A DNA stretch of 64,000 nucleotides, from contig JABVCE010000004.1 in the NCBI GenBank assembly GCA_014905635.1, positions 930,001 to 994,000 on the forward strand, in the 5' to 3' direction. The position numbers and the translations under genes were made by a program. Shown here in pieces: positions 24,975 through 37,757 of the stretch (position 1 is the first letter of the stretch; each line of letters begins with the position of its first letter). The DNA comes from Scenedesmus sp. PABB004 (Eukaryota). The notes under the pieces were generated by a model. That model ran no database searches. It was not told the DNA's origin and saw nothing but the letters and a program-made list of their open reading frames with translations.

Positions 24975-26508
24975 ATGGCCCCAAAGAAGCGCACGGCGCT
25001 CGTGGTCGGCGGCGCGGGCTTCCTCGGCCAGCACGTCGTGCGCCAGCTGTCCGAGAGCGGGCGCTACGACGTGCGCGTGTTTGACATCCGCCCCGCAGGC
25101 CTGCCGGGCGTGGAGAGCGTCGTCGGCGACATCCGGCGCCCGGCCGACGTCGCGGCCGCGGTCGAGGGCGTGGACGTGGTCATCCACGTCGCGACCGCGA
25201 CGCCGACGAGCGAGAACGCGCTGAACAAAACGCTCATGGACGAGGTCAACGTCGCCGGCACAGCCAACGTCATCGCCGCCTGCCGCGCCGCCGGCGTGCG
25301 CGCGCTCGTGTACACGAGCTCCGCCTCGGGTGCGCGCCGCGCGCCGCGCCGCGCCGCGCCGCATCGCGCGGGGGGGGGGGGGGGGGGGCCGGCCGCCGCG
25401 GCGGGGGGAGGACCCCACGCGCGCTCGCCCGCGCCCGCGCGCCGCGCGGCGCACACGCAGTCGTGTTTGACGGCCGCGACCTGATGGGCGTCGACGAGAC
25501 CACGCCCTACACCACGCGCCCCATGGACTACTACACCCAGGCGCGCACCGCGGCGCAGCGCACGCAGCGCACGCAGCACACGCAGCGCACGCAGCGCACG
25601 CAGCACGCAGCGCACGCAGCACGTACCGGCGGTCGCCGCGCGGGCGCCCGCAGCCGGCCCAGCCCGGCCCACCAGCGCCGCCGCCGCGCGCTCGCCCTCC
25701 CCTCTGTCCGCCGGCGCGCAGACCAAGGTCGCGGGCGAGAAGCTCGCGCTGGCAGCGAACGGCCCCGACCTCGCCGTCGTCGCGCTGCGCCCGAGCGGCA
25801 TCTTTGGCGAGGGCGACACGGTCATGGTGCCCACCTTTGTGCGCCAGGCGCGCGCGGGCAAGATGAAGTACATCATCGGCCCGGGGACAAACGTGTGGGA
25901 CTTCACCTACGTCGGCAACGTCGCGCAGGCGCACGTGCTGGTGCGCGGGGCGCGGGGGGACGCGCTGGGGACGTGCGCGGGCTGCGGGGGGCTGCGCGCG
26001 CCGCGCGCGCGACGCCGCCCACGCGCGCGCGCGCGCGCCCGCCCGCCCGCCGCCGGCCGCACAGGCGGCGGACAAGCTGTGTCCGGGCGGGCCGCTCGCG
26101 GGGCAGGCGCTGTTTGTGACCAACCAGGAGCCCGTGCCGTTCTGGGCCTTCACCGGCGACGTGCTCTCGGGGCTCGGGTACCCGCGGCCGAGCGTGCGGC
26201 TGCCGCTGGCCCTCATCCTCGCGGTCGCGATGATCTTCGAGTACATCATTCGCCCGCTGCTGCGCCCGATCAAGGAGCTGAGCACCGATTTCACCGTCTT
26301 CCGCGTGCGCATCGTCACGCGGCAGCGCGCGTTCTCGTGCGCGCGCGCGCGCGACCTGCTCGGCTACGTCCCCGCCGTGAGCATCGCCGAGGGCGTGTCG
26401 CGCACGTGCGCGCACTTTGCGCACCTGCGCAACCCCGACGCGCCGCCGCCGGCCGAGGGCGCCGGCGCGGGCGGCGCGGGCGGCGCGCGGCGCAGGAAGG
26501 CGGCCTAG
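24975..26508 (+). CDS. 3-beta-hydroxysteroid dehydrogenase / sterol-4-alpha-carboxylate C4-decarboxylase (NSDHL/ERG26 family)
   Basis: VGGAGFLGQH Rossmann motif, VNVAGT, LVYTSSASVVFDG, catalytic YTQTK across a splice, LRPSGIFGEGD, DFTYVGNVAQAH, TNQEPVPFW. TAG at 26506-26508. Confidence 0.92.
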
Positions 26509-27583
26509 GCCGCGGGGCGCGGCGCAGCGGTGCGCGGCGGGGGCGGCCGGGTGAGAGTAGAGGCGGCACGCGGCAGGCGCGAGGGTCGAGAGCGAGCGTG
26601 ACTGGCGGTAACGAGCGACTGCCGCGCCGTCATTGGGGGGTTGTTTCATCAGCGTCGCCGACGGCCGGCCGCCTCGCACGCGCGCGACCCCAGCAAGCAT
26701 GCGGCGGTGCTCCTGCGACGCGACGAGCGCCGCCCCGGCGCCGTGCGCGGGGCGGCTGCTGCCGCCGCTGCCAGCCAGGGTGCTGGCAGCAGAGATTCGC
26801 CGCAATGTTGCTAGGGTGGAAAACAATGGGCAACCAAACGGCCGTCGGCCGGCGCACTCTCTGCAGCCCCCGCTCCCACTCCCTCCGCCTCCCCCCGCCC
26901 GATGCGACAAAAGCGATTGAATCTCTCTGGATCTGCGGGCCTGCTGAGTTGGGCACGGCGTGCGCGCGCGCGCCGCGCGCTGCAGCCCGCCTGCCTGCCT
27001 GCGGGGAGCGCCCGCGGGCAGCGACGTGCAGCGACGTGCAGCGCGCACGACCGATTCCCTGCAGCTGTCGACGTGCGTGCCGAGGTGGTCCGAGAGAGCA
27101 GTGCCTCCCCCAACGCAACGCAGGCGGCGGCGCCCGACTGCCCAGGAGGCGAGACCGGGGACGCGCGCCGCCAACCTCCATGCGGGCCCAACTGACTAGC
27201 GCCAGGCAACCTGCGGCGCGCTGCCGCGCCTCTCGAGCCACATGCGAGCGTACAATCCCCCCTGACCATGTGCGGGCGCGTCAGCCGGCCGCGCGCGCGC
27301 GCGCGCGCCGCCGCTCCGCTGGCAGCCCATGCCAGGCTCAGGCCGGCGGCGCCCGCGCGGCGCGCAGCCCGCGCGGCCACGTCCCGGCCGCGCGCAGCCT
27401 CCGCCCCACGCGGGCGCCCCATGCCCCGCGCCGCGCCGCGCCGCGCTGCGCGCGGGCGGCGGGCGGGCGGCTGCTGCAGGGGCCGCGCCCCTGGCGAGCT
27501 TTATTCCTGCAGCCGCCGCGCCGCGCCGCGCGCGCGTCGCGTCCCGCGTCGCACGCGCGTCGTGCGCGTCGCCCGGGCCTCGC

Positions 27584-28690
27584 TCAGCAGCCGGGCTTGC
27601 CAAACTTGGCCTCGAGCTCGGTCATGGTGAGCGACTTGGGGCGCTCGATCGGCAGCCCGAGCGCGCGGCTCCACACTCCCTGCGCGAGCACGCCGATCGC
27701 GCGCGAGACGCCGAAGAGCACGGTGTAAAAGTTCTCCTCGCGGATGCCGTAGAACTGCAGCAGCACGCCGCTGTGCGCGTCGACGTTGGGCCAGGGGTTC
27801 TTGACCTTGCCCGTCGCGAGCAGCACGGGCGGCACGACCTCGTACAGCTGGCTCACCAGCTTGAACAGCGGGTCGTCGGGGAGGTGCTTCAGCGCAAACG
27901 CGCGCTGGCAGGTGTAGCGCGGGTCGGTCTTGCGCAGCACCGCGTGGCCGTACCCCGGCACGACGCGGCCCGCCTTGAGCGTCTCCTGCACGTACAGCGT
28001 CAGCTGCTCCTTGCTCGGGTGCGCGCCCAGCTGCGGCACGGGCGGCACGCGCGGCGGCGGCGGCGGCGCGGGAGTGGGCGGGGCCCAGCCCCGGCGGCGG
28101 CGGCGGCCGAGGCGGCGCGGCGCGGCGGCGCGGCGCGGCGGTGCGGCGCTCACGTCTGCCTTGACGTCGAGGATCCACTTGAGCACCTCCTGGTTGGCGA
28201 GGCCGTGCAGCGGGCCGGCGAGGCCGCACATGCCGGCCGCGAAGCTGAGGTAGGGGTCTGAGAGCGCGGAGCCGACGAGGTGCGTCGCGTGTGCCGACAC
28301 GTTGCCGCCCTCGTGGTCGCTGTGGATGGTCTGGTAGAGCCGCATCATCTCGATCGCCCCCGGGTCGTCGCAGCCCATCATGTGCGCGAGGTTGGCCGCC
28401 CAGTCGAGCTTGGGGTCGGGCGCGATGTATGCGCCGCCCTTGTAGGTGCGGCGATAGATCATCGCCGCGATCGTCGGCAGGCGCGCGAGCAGGTTCATCG
28501 TGTCCTCGTAGTACGGCTCCCAGTAGCGCGACTTGTGCAGCCCCGCCGCGTAGGCCTTGGCAAACTCGCTTTCCGTCTGGGGGGGGGGGGGGGGCGGCAG
28601 GGGAGAGCGGGCGGCGGGGCGCGGGCGGCGGGGCGTCACGCGCGGCGCGGGGCGAGGCGGGCGCGCGGCGCGGGGCGAGCCGGGCGTGCG

Positions 28691-28724
<34 letters not shown>

Positions 28725-29827
28725 CGCCCCCCGCGCCCGCGCGCGCCGCCGCCGCCCGCGCGCGCCGAGGCGCGCACCTGCATCGCGGCCACGAGCGTGA
28801 CGAGCTGCGTCATGGGGTGCATGTCGACGGGCAGGGCCTCCAGCATCGACTTGATGTGCGGCGGCAGCGCGGCGCGGCGGCGCAGGTCCTCGGTCACGCC
28901 CTTGGCCTGCGCCTTGGTCGGCACCTCGCCCGTGAGCAGCAGCCACAGCAGGCCCTCCGGCAGCGGCTCGCCGCCCTCGGTCGCGGCGGGGAGCTGGGCC
29001 TGCGCGGCGGCGGGGGCGCGCGGGCGGGCGGCGCGCGGGCGGCGTGGGCGGCTGCCGCGGCGCGCGCGCGCGCCCGCCGCCGGGCCGCTGCGGCGCCGCC
29101 ACACACAGCCCGGGCCAGGCGGACGCAGGGCGGCGCACCTGCAGCTCGGGGATGCTGCGCCCCCGGAAGCGGATGCCCTCCTCAGCGTCGAGCAGGGACG
29201 TCTCCCAAAGCATGCCCTGCGGCGCCGAGGCGGTCGGGCCGGGTCAGCAGGTCGCGGTGAGCGCGGCGCGGGCGATCCTGGCGGCCTGTGCGCGCCAGCA
29301 CGTGCCGGCGACGTCGTCGACAACCCCAGGCGCCGCGGGGCCCTGCCGCGGCGCCAGGAGCTGCTGGGCGCCACGATCAGGCCGCCGCGGCGCCGGCGCG
29401 GGGCCTGGCGCGCCAGGCGCCGCGGGGTGGGCGGCATGGGGCTGCGTCGGGTCCCTGCTCACCGGGATGCCGCGCATGCCGCCGATGGCCATGTCCACGG
29501 TGACCTCACCCAGGCTCTTGCGCCCGTGCTCGGTCTTGATGGCCTTCAGCCTGGCCTGCGGCGCCGGGGCGTGCCCAGCTCGCGACCGGCTGCTGCGTCG
29601 CGCGCACGTGCGGGCGCGCCGCTCCTGGCCGCCCGGGGCAGCGCCTGACGGCCCACCTGCTCGCCGGGAATCTTGCTGGCGAGCGCGGCCTTGAGCTCGC
29701 TGCCGGGGGCCGAGCTGCTCCAGTGGCGGGCGGTGCCGCTCGCCAGGGCCGCAAAGCTGCTGGCGGCGCTCGTGTAGCTGCCGTTGCTGCGGCGAAGCAC
29801 GCTGGTGAGCAGCGCGGTGGCCACCAT
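27584..29827 (-). CDS. CS: Mitochondrial citrate synthase
   Basis: Presequence, [85 protein letters not shown]. Confidence 0.98.
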
Positions 29828-30177
29828 GGCGCCTCGCTCCCGGGGTGGCCTTGGTGTGCTGCCTTCGGCGGGCGTGTGCGTGCGGGGTGCTTGGCGTCTG
29901 GGGTGCTGCTTGACGTGAGCTTGCGTGTGCGCTGGGCGAGTCTTCGATGGCGGGCGCGGGGCGGGGGCGCACGTATGTAGGCGCGGCCCAGCAAGGGCTT
30001 GTGCCGGTCACGCTGCCAATCACACGGTGACGCTTTCGGCGTCGCTAATCGGTGTGACGAGCGTTACGAGGTAAGGTGCTGCTTGGGCCGGCGCGCGAGC
30101 TCGCGCCGCGGCCTGGAGACGCCAGCGCCGGGTCGACAGCCCGGGTGTCATTGGCCCAAGGCAGCCCACGCACTCGA

Positions 30178-31115
30178 TCACGCGCGTCTGCTGCCGCGCT
30201 GCAGCAGGCTGGCCTTGACCTGCACCGACACCGCGCCGCCGGAGCGAAACACGCGCAGCGCCGCGTCGAGCCACACCACCTCAAACTCGCCGGCCCCCCG
30301 GATCGGCAGCGGCAGCTCCAGCCCCAGCAGCTCCAGCCGGCCGCCGGTGATGTCGGCGCGCACGCGCGCGGGCAGCAGCTCGCTGCCGTCCTGCGGCGCG
30401 CGGCGGCGGCGGCTAAAGAGGCCGCGCCAGCGCGGTGGGCTGCGCGCGCGCTGGGCGGCCGCCGGCGCCGCACCAGCGGTGTGTAGGACCCCGACGCGAC
30501 GACCGCGAGCTGCGGGCCCGCAAACTCGGCGCGGTTGACCACGCGGCGCTCGCGTGGGTCCAGGTCCTGCGACGCCGCGTTGGCCGGGTTGAACGCCCGC
30601 CCCGCCCGCCAGCTCGCCTTCCACAGCTGCGCCGTGCCGGCCGTCCACAGCACCTGGCGGGGGGGGGGGGGCGGGCGGCGCGGCAGCGCGCGCTCGGGCT
30701 CGCGCCAGGCCGCGGCGCGTGAGCGCAGGCTGCTCTGCCAGCGCCGCGCGCTCACGAGCCAGGGCCCGCCGCCGAGGAGCTGCTCGTCAAACGGGACGCC
30801 CTCGCAGCCCAGCAGCACGTTGACCAGCTCGCGCACGCGCTCGGCGCCGCCCGGCGCGCCGCTGCCGCTGCCGGCCTCGCCGTCGCGCGAGGTGAGCAGC
30901 TGCAGCAGCTCGGCCGAGGCCGCCGCGTACTTGGCCCCGCGGGCCTGGGCGGGGCTGGGCGCCCCCAGGCCTCCCAGCAGCTGGGCAGCCCAGCCAGGCA
31001 GCGCGCCGGCCGGCTGCTGCCGCGGCCGGCGGCGCGGGCGCAGCAGCGGTCGCGGCGCTGCCTGCGCCGCCCCTCCGCGCGCGAGCTGCTGCGGCCGCAG
31101 GCGCCGGGCCAGCAT
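30178..31115 (-). CDS. Plastid lipid-associated protein / fibrillin-like
   Basis: Transit-like N-terminus, LLGGGPWLVLWT, ASQDLDP..RVVNRAEF, LPLPIRGAGEFEVVWLDAALRVFRS. Confidence 0.75.
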
Positions 31116-31794
31116 GACGGCGCGCGCCCCCGGTGCGCCTGCCGGGCGCGGGGCGACGGCAACGGGCGAGGCAGAGCAGAGCGGGGCCGCCGCGATCTGG
31201 TGCCGCTGCAGCGGTCGATCCGTGGCGGGTGCAGGGGCACGTGGTTGGGTGCGGGCGGAGCACTAGGGAGCGCACCGGCGGCAGGGAGCAGCGGCGGCCC
31301 GCCGGCGCAGCCCGGCGCTCGCCGGGTTCTGCGACGGCGCCCGCGCCTGCCACTCGGTCGGTGGCTCCGCTTCCGGGTTGCAAATTGGCCGGCTCAGCGC
31401 GGCGCACCCCTAAATGGTCGACCCAACCTGCTTAACACCAACGCACACGGCGTGCCGCGCTGCCGGCACGCCGGCGCGGCGAGCGCTGGCCGCCCGGCGG
31501 CGGCCGCGCCGCCAGCATCGCGCCCGCCGTCCCACGCCCTGCCGCGGCCCCGCTGGAGCTAGGTCCGAAGCTTGCCTGCGCTGCCTGGAGCCCTGCGGGC
31601 CCGTCACCGAGAGTCAGTGCTGCTCGCCGCCGGCCGCCCGAACCGCGTGCGGTGCCGCGGACGCGCTGCGCCAGCGGCGCAATGAATGGCTGTTGCCACG
31701 CTGCGAAATGCTGCACTGGAGGGGGTGCCCGTCAGCAGCCCATGGCGTGCCGCGCGGTCGCAGCGCTGGGCACGGTGCGGCGCGCCGCGCGCTG

Positions 31795-32418
31795 TCACCG
31801 CCGGACGCGTGAGGTCCAGGTCTTGGTGCCGGCGGCGTCAAAGATGGAGACCGCGCCGTCGTCGGTCACGACCATGCGGTGCGGCGCCACGCCGCGGCCC
31901 GCGGTGCCGGAGCTCCATAACGCGCGGCCGAGGTTGTCGGTCACTGCCGGCGGCGCGGCGCGGCGCGGGGCGGGCGGGGCGGGTCGGCGGGCGCGCGGGG
32001 CAGGCGCGACGCGCCGCGCTGCGCGCGCTGGCGGGCGGTCGCGCGCCGCCGCCGCCGCGCGGGCACTCACGCACGAGCGCGCCGTCGCGCTGCATGGTGA
32101 GGCGGAAGGGCCGGTACCAGGAGAAGCCCACGGCGGGGCGCCACACGGGCGTGGCGCCGGCGGATGCATAAAGTGCGACGCCGCCGGCGTCGAGGATGCA
32201 CAGCCGGTATGCCCGACCCGGCGAGTAGAGGCACTCCGGCGAGGTGTAGCGGTACCCCGCCGGCAGCGTGCCGGGAAGGATGGTCGGCGCAACCACGGGC
32301 GCGGGGCTCGGGCTCGGCGGCGGCACGGGGCTCGGGCTGGGCGGCGGCGCGGGCGCGGGCGCCGGCACGGGCGCTGGCGGTGCGGGCGAGGGCGACGGTG
32401 ACGGCGACGGCGACGGCA

Positions 32419-32459
<41 letters not shown>

Positions 32460-33646
32460 AATGGCGAGGGGATGGCTGGCCGAGGGCTGGGGCTCGGCGC
32501 CGCGGGTGGCGACGTGGGCGGCGACGCCGGCGGCGGGGTCGCGGTCGGCTCCAGCACGTTCTGCGCGAACTGGCCGACCACGTTGCCCGCGGGCGTGTAG
32601 CGGCAGACCACGAGGTTGCCGCGCGCCCAGCCGGTGCCGCCCATGCCGTTGTTGCACGACTGCACGGCGCAGCCGAGCTGGGTGCTGGCGCGCCACACCA
32701 CCTGCGTGAAGTGGCCCGTGGACGAAGAGAAGGTGGGATTTCTGTAGGAGTAGTAGCGAACCTCGTTGTACCTGCAGCGAGCGAGCGGGGGCGGGGCGCT
32801 AAGGGTGACGGGCGGCGAGGCGGTGCGGCGGCGCAGCCGCCCTGGTGCCCTGGCCATTCTGCTGCGGCCCAGGCACGGCCTGCCGGGGCGCCAGCGGCGC
32901 GGCTCACCAGTAGTCGATGGCCTGCGTCAGCGCGCCCGCGGGGTCGCTGGTGTCCGAGATTGCATACAGGTTCTCGCCGGCGTACGCTGCGGGGTCGTGC
33001 GCAAAGTTGCACCGCGCCGCGTACGCTGCCGCCTGCGAGGCGAGCGTGTCGGACCACGCCAGCGCCGGCGACTGGTGGGGCGCGCGGTAGCTGTTGTGCC
33101 GTTGGAGGATTGTCGCATAGAGCGGGTCCATCGCCAGCGCGCCGGTGTCAGCCGCGTCGCCCACTGCGGCGGACGTGACCGCGCCGCCGCCCGTCGCGCG
33201 CAGCAGCGCCGCACGCTGCTCCTCCATGCGCTGGAGGCGCGTGCGCGTCATCTGGCGCGGCCGGTCAACCGCGACCATCGGCACGGCGTCCGAGGGCGGC
33301 ACAACGCCCGGCGCCGGCTCGAGGAACGCGCGCAGGCGCGGCACGCGTGGCGTGCCCGCGGGCGCCGCGCTGCCAGCGACGTCCACAGCGCCCTCGCCCG
33401 GCGGCAGCTCCGCTGCGTCCGGCGCCGCCGCGGACTCAGCGAGCGGGCCTGCGGCGGCGGCGGCGGCGGCACGTGAGCACCCCCTGTTGCGCCACGCATG
33501 TTCATAGAATGGAACAACCTCTCTCACGCGCCGAGCCACCCACCCGCTGCGTTGGGCGCCTGCGCCCGGACCGGGGACAGCATGAGCGCGTGCACTGTTG
33601 CCAGCAGGCAGCAGCACAGCAGCGCGCGTCCAGCGCAGCGCCTCAT
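31795..33646 (-). CDS. Secreted CAP/SCP (PR-1-like) protein with (Ser-Pro)n linker and C-terminal bulb-type lectin-like domain, copy 1
   Basis: Signal peptide [63 protein letters not shown] linker; MQRDGALVL and VTDDGAVSIF repeats. Confidence 0.88.
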
Positions 33647-33713
33647 GTTTGAATTCCTGTGTCAGTCAACTCTCGTGCCTGAGAGGAATGGCGCGGCGGG
33701 CGGCAGGCGGCGG

Positions 33714-34528
33714 GCGGGTCGGCGCGCGCGGCAGCAGCGCGCCCCGGTGACGCCGGTCGCGGCGGCGGCGGCGGGCCGCGGCTGGCTGCGCCGCTCGTCT
33801 CACAGCTGCCTCACAGCCTCAGGGACGCGCATGGCCCGCCCGGCGCAGTCCTGGCGGCCGCAGCGCGCGCGGCCAGGCCAGCGAGTAGGCCGCAAACTCC
33901 CGAGCCGCCCCGGCGCTGCTGGGCGGCCGCGCGGCCGCATGCAGCGCTGGGCGCATAGCAGGCACGCACCTTGGTTGCTCGCGACCAGCTGCTCGCTGCG
34001 AACGCGTCTGGCGGCGCGGGCGTGGGTGTGCGCGGAGTGAGCTCCTGCCACGGGCGCGTTTGCGCGCGCGTGTGTGTGTGACGTTGATTGCGGTGCTTGG
34101 GAGCATGCAGAGGCTCGGTGGGTGTACTTGGGGAGGCGCTGCGAAGCGGGACCTGGCCCCCCGGCGGGTCAGGCGCAGCCTGTGCGGCGAGCCCGCCAGC
34201 CCTCGCGCAGAGGCCCCGGGGCGGTCGCGCGGCACGTTGAGTGGGTGAAGTGAGTGTGCGAAGTCGATTTGTGGCGGTACTGCGCCGCGAGCGGGCGGGG
34301 CGGGTCGGCGGCGGGCAGCGCCTCCGCAGCGCCCGGCACGCGCGCCCGTCGCTGCGAGCGCGCGGCGACCGGGGATCGCTTGGCGCGCGGCCTGTCACGA
34401 TCTCACACCGTGTGCAGAGGCGTAGCCGAGCTGGGAGCGCGCGCCACCCACGGGCGGCCGCCAGCGGCGCGGCCAGACCCGCGGGTCTGGCCGGCGACCG
34501 GTGCCGCCGCGGCCGGTGGGCGCGCGTC
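33714..34528. repeat. Direct repeat copy 1 (~815 bp non-coding block upstream of CAP gene 1); partner ~36915-37712
   Basis: Near-identical to the copy about 3.2 kb downstream; the supplied shadow ORFs are identical in both copies. Confidence 0.93.
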
Positions 34529-35279
34529 GGGCCGGCGCGATCCGTCACTGTTGCTGAGACCGGAACCTCTCGCGCAGTCTCGCATTTCTGCAGCTGCGTG
34601 TGCGGCCCCGCGCCCGCATCGCAGCCACGCGTCTTGCAGCGCGTGCCGGGCCGGGCAGCGCCCAGGCCCCGAGCGCGCGGCGGCGATCAATCCCGGCCGC
34701 GAGCCCAGACACACACTCTCTAGAGCCGGCGAGTCGGCAACTGACATGCCGGACGGCGACAAGCGCGCTGCGGCTGCACCCTGCAGTGCATATGCTATGT
34801 ACACCAAGCGAGGCTGAACGATCGGGAGCGCGGGGGACCCCGCTCCAGCTAGCCGAGCCGACACCCGTCGGCGGCCGGAGGCGCAGACCCGGTGAAGGGC
34901 TAGAGAGGGCTGGGCAATGCAGCTCGGAGCGTGCACTGGCGGTAGAGCGCCGCGCGCGCCGCGCGCGCCGCGCCGCGACAGCCCCAGCAAGGGCGGGGGC
35001 GGGCGCCTGCGCCGCGCTCGCTCAAGTGCTGCCACCAAGAGAGATGGTTGCCGCCGCGGCAAAAAGAACTTTGGGTGCAGCGTGGCCACGCATTCATGAT
35101 GCTGGTGCAAGTGCGACGTGTGCTCGGGGCGGCAGGCGGCTGGCGGCGGCTGGTGTGCCGTGCCAGGCGCTGCGGCCGCCCCGAGCGTGTGAACGATGCG
35201 GCCCGTCCCCGCCGCCCGAGTCAAATGCGCGTGCTCCCTTGTTCCCACTGCACCATCAGCTGGGCTCCGGCCGCGCCGG

Positions 35280-36832
35280 CTAGCCGCGGTTGGCGGACGC
35301 CGCCCAGGTGGCCACGCCGCTGGCGTCGAGCACGAGCGCGTCGCTGCTGCCCGTGCCGTCGCCGACAACCAGCAGCTTGTGCGGCGCAACGCCGCGGCCG
35401 GCGGTGCCGCTGGTGAAGAGCACCTTGTTGAGGTTGTCGGTCACTGCCGGCGGCGCGGGGCGGCGCGGGGCGGCACGGTACGCCGTCAGGGGCGGCCCGC
35501 TGGCAGGCCGCCGCGCGCGCTGGCAGCGGCGGGCCCGCGCAGCGCGGCGTCGCGCGGGCACTCACGCACGAGCGCGCCGTCGCGCTGCATGGTGACCTTG
35601 AAGGGGCGGAAGATTGACGTCGCGACGTTGCGGCTGCTCCACACCGCCGTGGTCGCGCCAACGCGATAGAGCCGCATCGCCCCGCTGTCCTCCACGCACA
35701 GCCGCGTGGTCTGGCCGGGCGAGTAGAGGCAGCCGGGGCTCGCAAACTTGTAGCCCGCGGGCAGCGTGCCCGGCGGCGGCGCGCCCGAGGGCGGCGCGGC
35801 CGGCGGCGCCGGCACCGGCGCCGCCGGGGGCGGCGGCGCCGGCGCGGGGTTGGACTGCGCTGGCAGCACGTTCTGTGCGAACTGGCCGACCACGTTGCCC
35901 GCGGGCGTGTAGCGGCAGACCACGAGGTTGCCGCGCGCCCAGCCGGTGCCGCCCATGCCGTTGTTGCACGACTGCACGGCGCAGCCGAGCTGGGTGCTGG
36001 CGCGCCACACCACCTGCGTGAAGTGACCCGTGGCCGAAGAGAAGGTGGGGTTGGCGAACGAGTAGGAGCGAATCTCGTTGTACCTGGAGCGAGTGGGGGC
36101 GGGGTCGTGTGACGGGCGGCGGTGCGGTGAGGCGGCGCAGCCAGGCCCGGCCTGCCGGGGCGCCAGCGGCGCGGCTCACCAGTAGTCGATGGCCTGCGTC
36201 AGCGCGCCCGCGGGGTCGCTGGTGTCCGAGATTGCAAACAAGTTCTCGCCGGCGTACGCTGCGGGGTCGTGCGCAAAGTTGCACCGCGCCGCGTACGCTG
36301 CCGCCTGCGAGGCGAGCGTGTCGGACCACGCCAGAGCGGCCGCGGAGTGGCGCGCGCGGTAGCTGTTGTGCCGTTGGAGGATTGTCGCGTAGAGCGGTTC
36401 CATCGCCAGCGCGCTGGTGTCGCCGGGGCCGCCGCTCGACCGCCGCTCCTCAGCGCGCCGCTGCATCGCCGCCATGCGCGCGGCGTGCGTGGGCGTGAGG
36501 CTGCGCGCCGGGTTGACCGCCACCAGCACCTCGATGGCGTCGGCGTCGGCCGCGGGCTCAATCATGGCGGCCGCGGTGGCGCCGCCGGCGGGCTCCGGCA
36601 GCGCGCCGCTGGGGTCGAGCATCGGCGGCGGCCCGGTGGCGGTGCTGGGATCTGCGTGCGCGCCAGCGAGGGGTTGGAAGCTGGGCCCGTGGCCAGTCAG
36701 AGTCTTGCGCGCGCGCCTGCGTGCTCGCCGCAGCTCACCTTGAGCTACGATCCACGGCACGCCAGCCAGCAGCGCTATGCCCAGCGCCCCCAGCAGCCGC
36801 CGGCGAGCGCCGGGCGCCCTCATCTGGTCCAT
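35280..36832 (-). CDS. Secreted CAP/SCP (PR-1-like) protein with Pro-rich linker and bulb-type lectin-like domain, copy 2
   Basis: Signal peptide [31 protein letters not shown]; same CAP motifs and intron positions as copy 1; TAG at 35280-35282. Confidence 0.88.
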
Positions 36833-36914
36833 CTTCCAGGATGAGTGAGATATGAGTCAAATTTACGCAACAGCCTGGTGCGGGGCGTCGCACGGTGCGG
36901 GTGGCAGGCAGGTG

Positions 36915-37712
36915 GCGGGTCGGCGCGCGCGGCAGCAGCGCGCCCCGGTGACGCCGGTCGCGGCGGCGGCGGCGGGCCGCGGCTGGCTGCGCCGCTCGTC
37001 TCACAGCTGCCTCACAGCCTCAGGGACGCGCATGGCCCGCCCGGCGCAGTCCTGGCGGCCGCAGCGCGCGCGGCCAGGCCAGCGAGTAGGCCGCAAACTC
37101 CCGAGCCGCCCCGGCGCTGCTGGGCGGCCGCGCGGCCGCATGCAGCGCTGGGCGCATAGCAGGCACGCACCTTGGTTGCTCGCGACCAGCTGCTCGCTGC
37201 GAACGCGTCTGGCGGCGCGGGCGTGGGTGTGCGCGGAGTGAGCTCCTGCCACGGGCGCGTTTGCGCGCGCGTGTGTGTGTGACGTTGATTGCGGTGCTTG
37301 GGAGCATGCAGAGGCTCGGTGGGTGTACTTGGGGAGGCGCTGCGAAGCGGGACCTGGCCCCCCGGCGGGTCAGGCGCAGCCTGTGCGGCGAGCCCGCCAG
37401 CCCTCGCGCAGAGGCCCCGGGGCGGTCGCGCGGCACGTTGAGTGGGTGAAGTGAGTGTGCGAAGTCGATTTGTGGCGGTACTGCGCCGCGAGCGGGCGGG
37501 GCGGGTCGGCGGCGGGCAGCGCCTCCGCAGCGCCCGGCACGCGCGCCCGTCGCTGCGAGCGGGCGGCGACCGGGGGATCGCTTGGCGCGCGGCCTGTCAC
37601 GATCTCACACCGTGTGCAGAGGCGCAGCCGAGCTGGGAGCGCGCGCCACCCACGGGCGGCCGCCAGCGGCGCGGGTCTGGCCGGTGCCGCCGCGGCCGGT
37701 GGGCGCGCGTCG
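36915..37712. repeat. Direct repeat copy 2 upstream of CAP gene 2
   Basis: Near-identical to 33714-34528. Confidence 0.93.
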
Positions 37713-37757
37713 CGGCCAGGCAACACCGTTGCGAGGCACAATCGCCTGAGGTGGCCC

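Noticed and set aside
25551..25625. (CGCAGCGCA)n repeat giving a QRTQRT peptide
   Set aside because: It lies inside the GC-AG intron that splits the catalytic YxxxK motif, so it is not coding.
26509..27583. Possible hidden gene or ncRNA in the lower-GC gap between NSDHL and citrate synthase (also 34530-35279)
   Set aside because: No frame shows gene-like codon usage or motifs, and no tRNA, rRNA or snoRNA hallmark can be supported.
28690..28723. Long poly-C run (and other G/C homopolymers)
   Set aside because: Intronic low-complexity sequence of unreliable length, with no supportable function.
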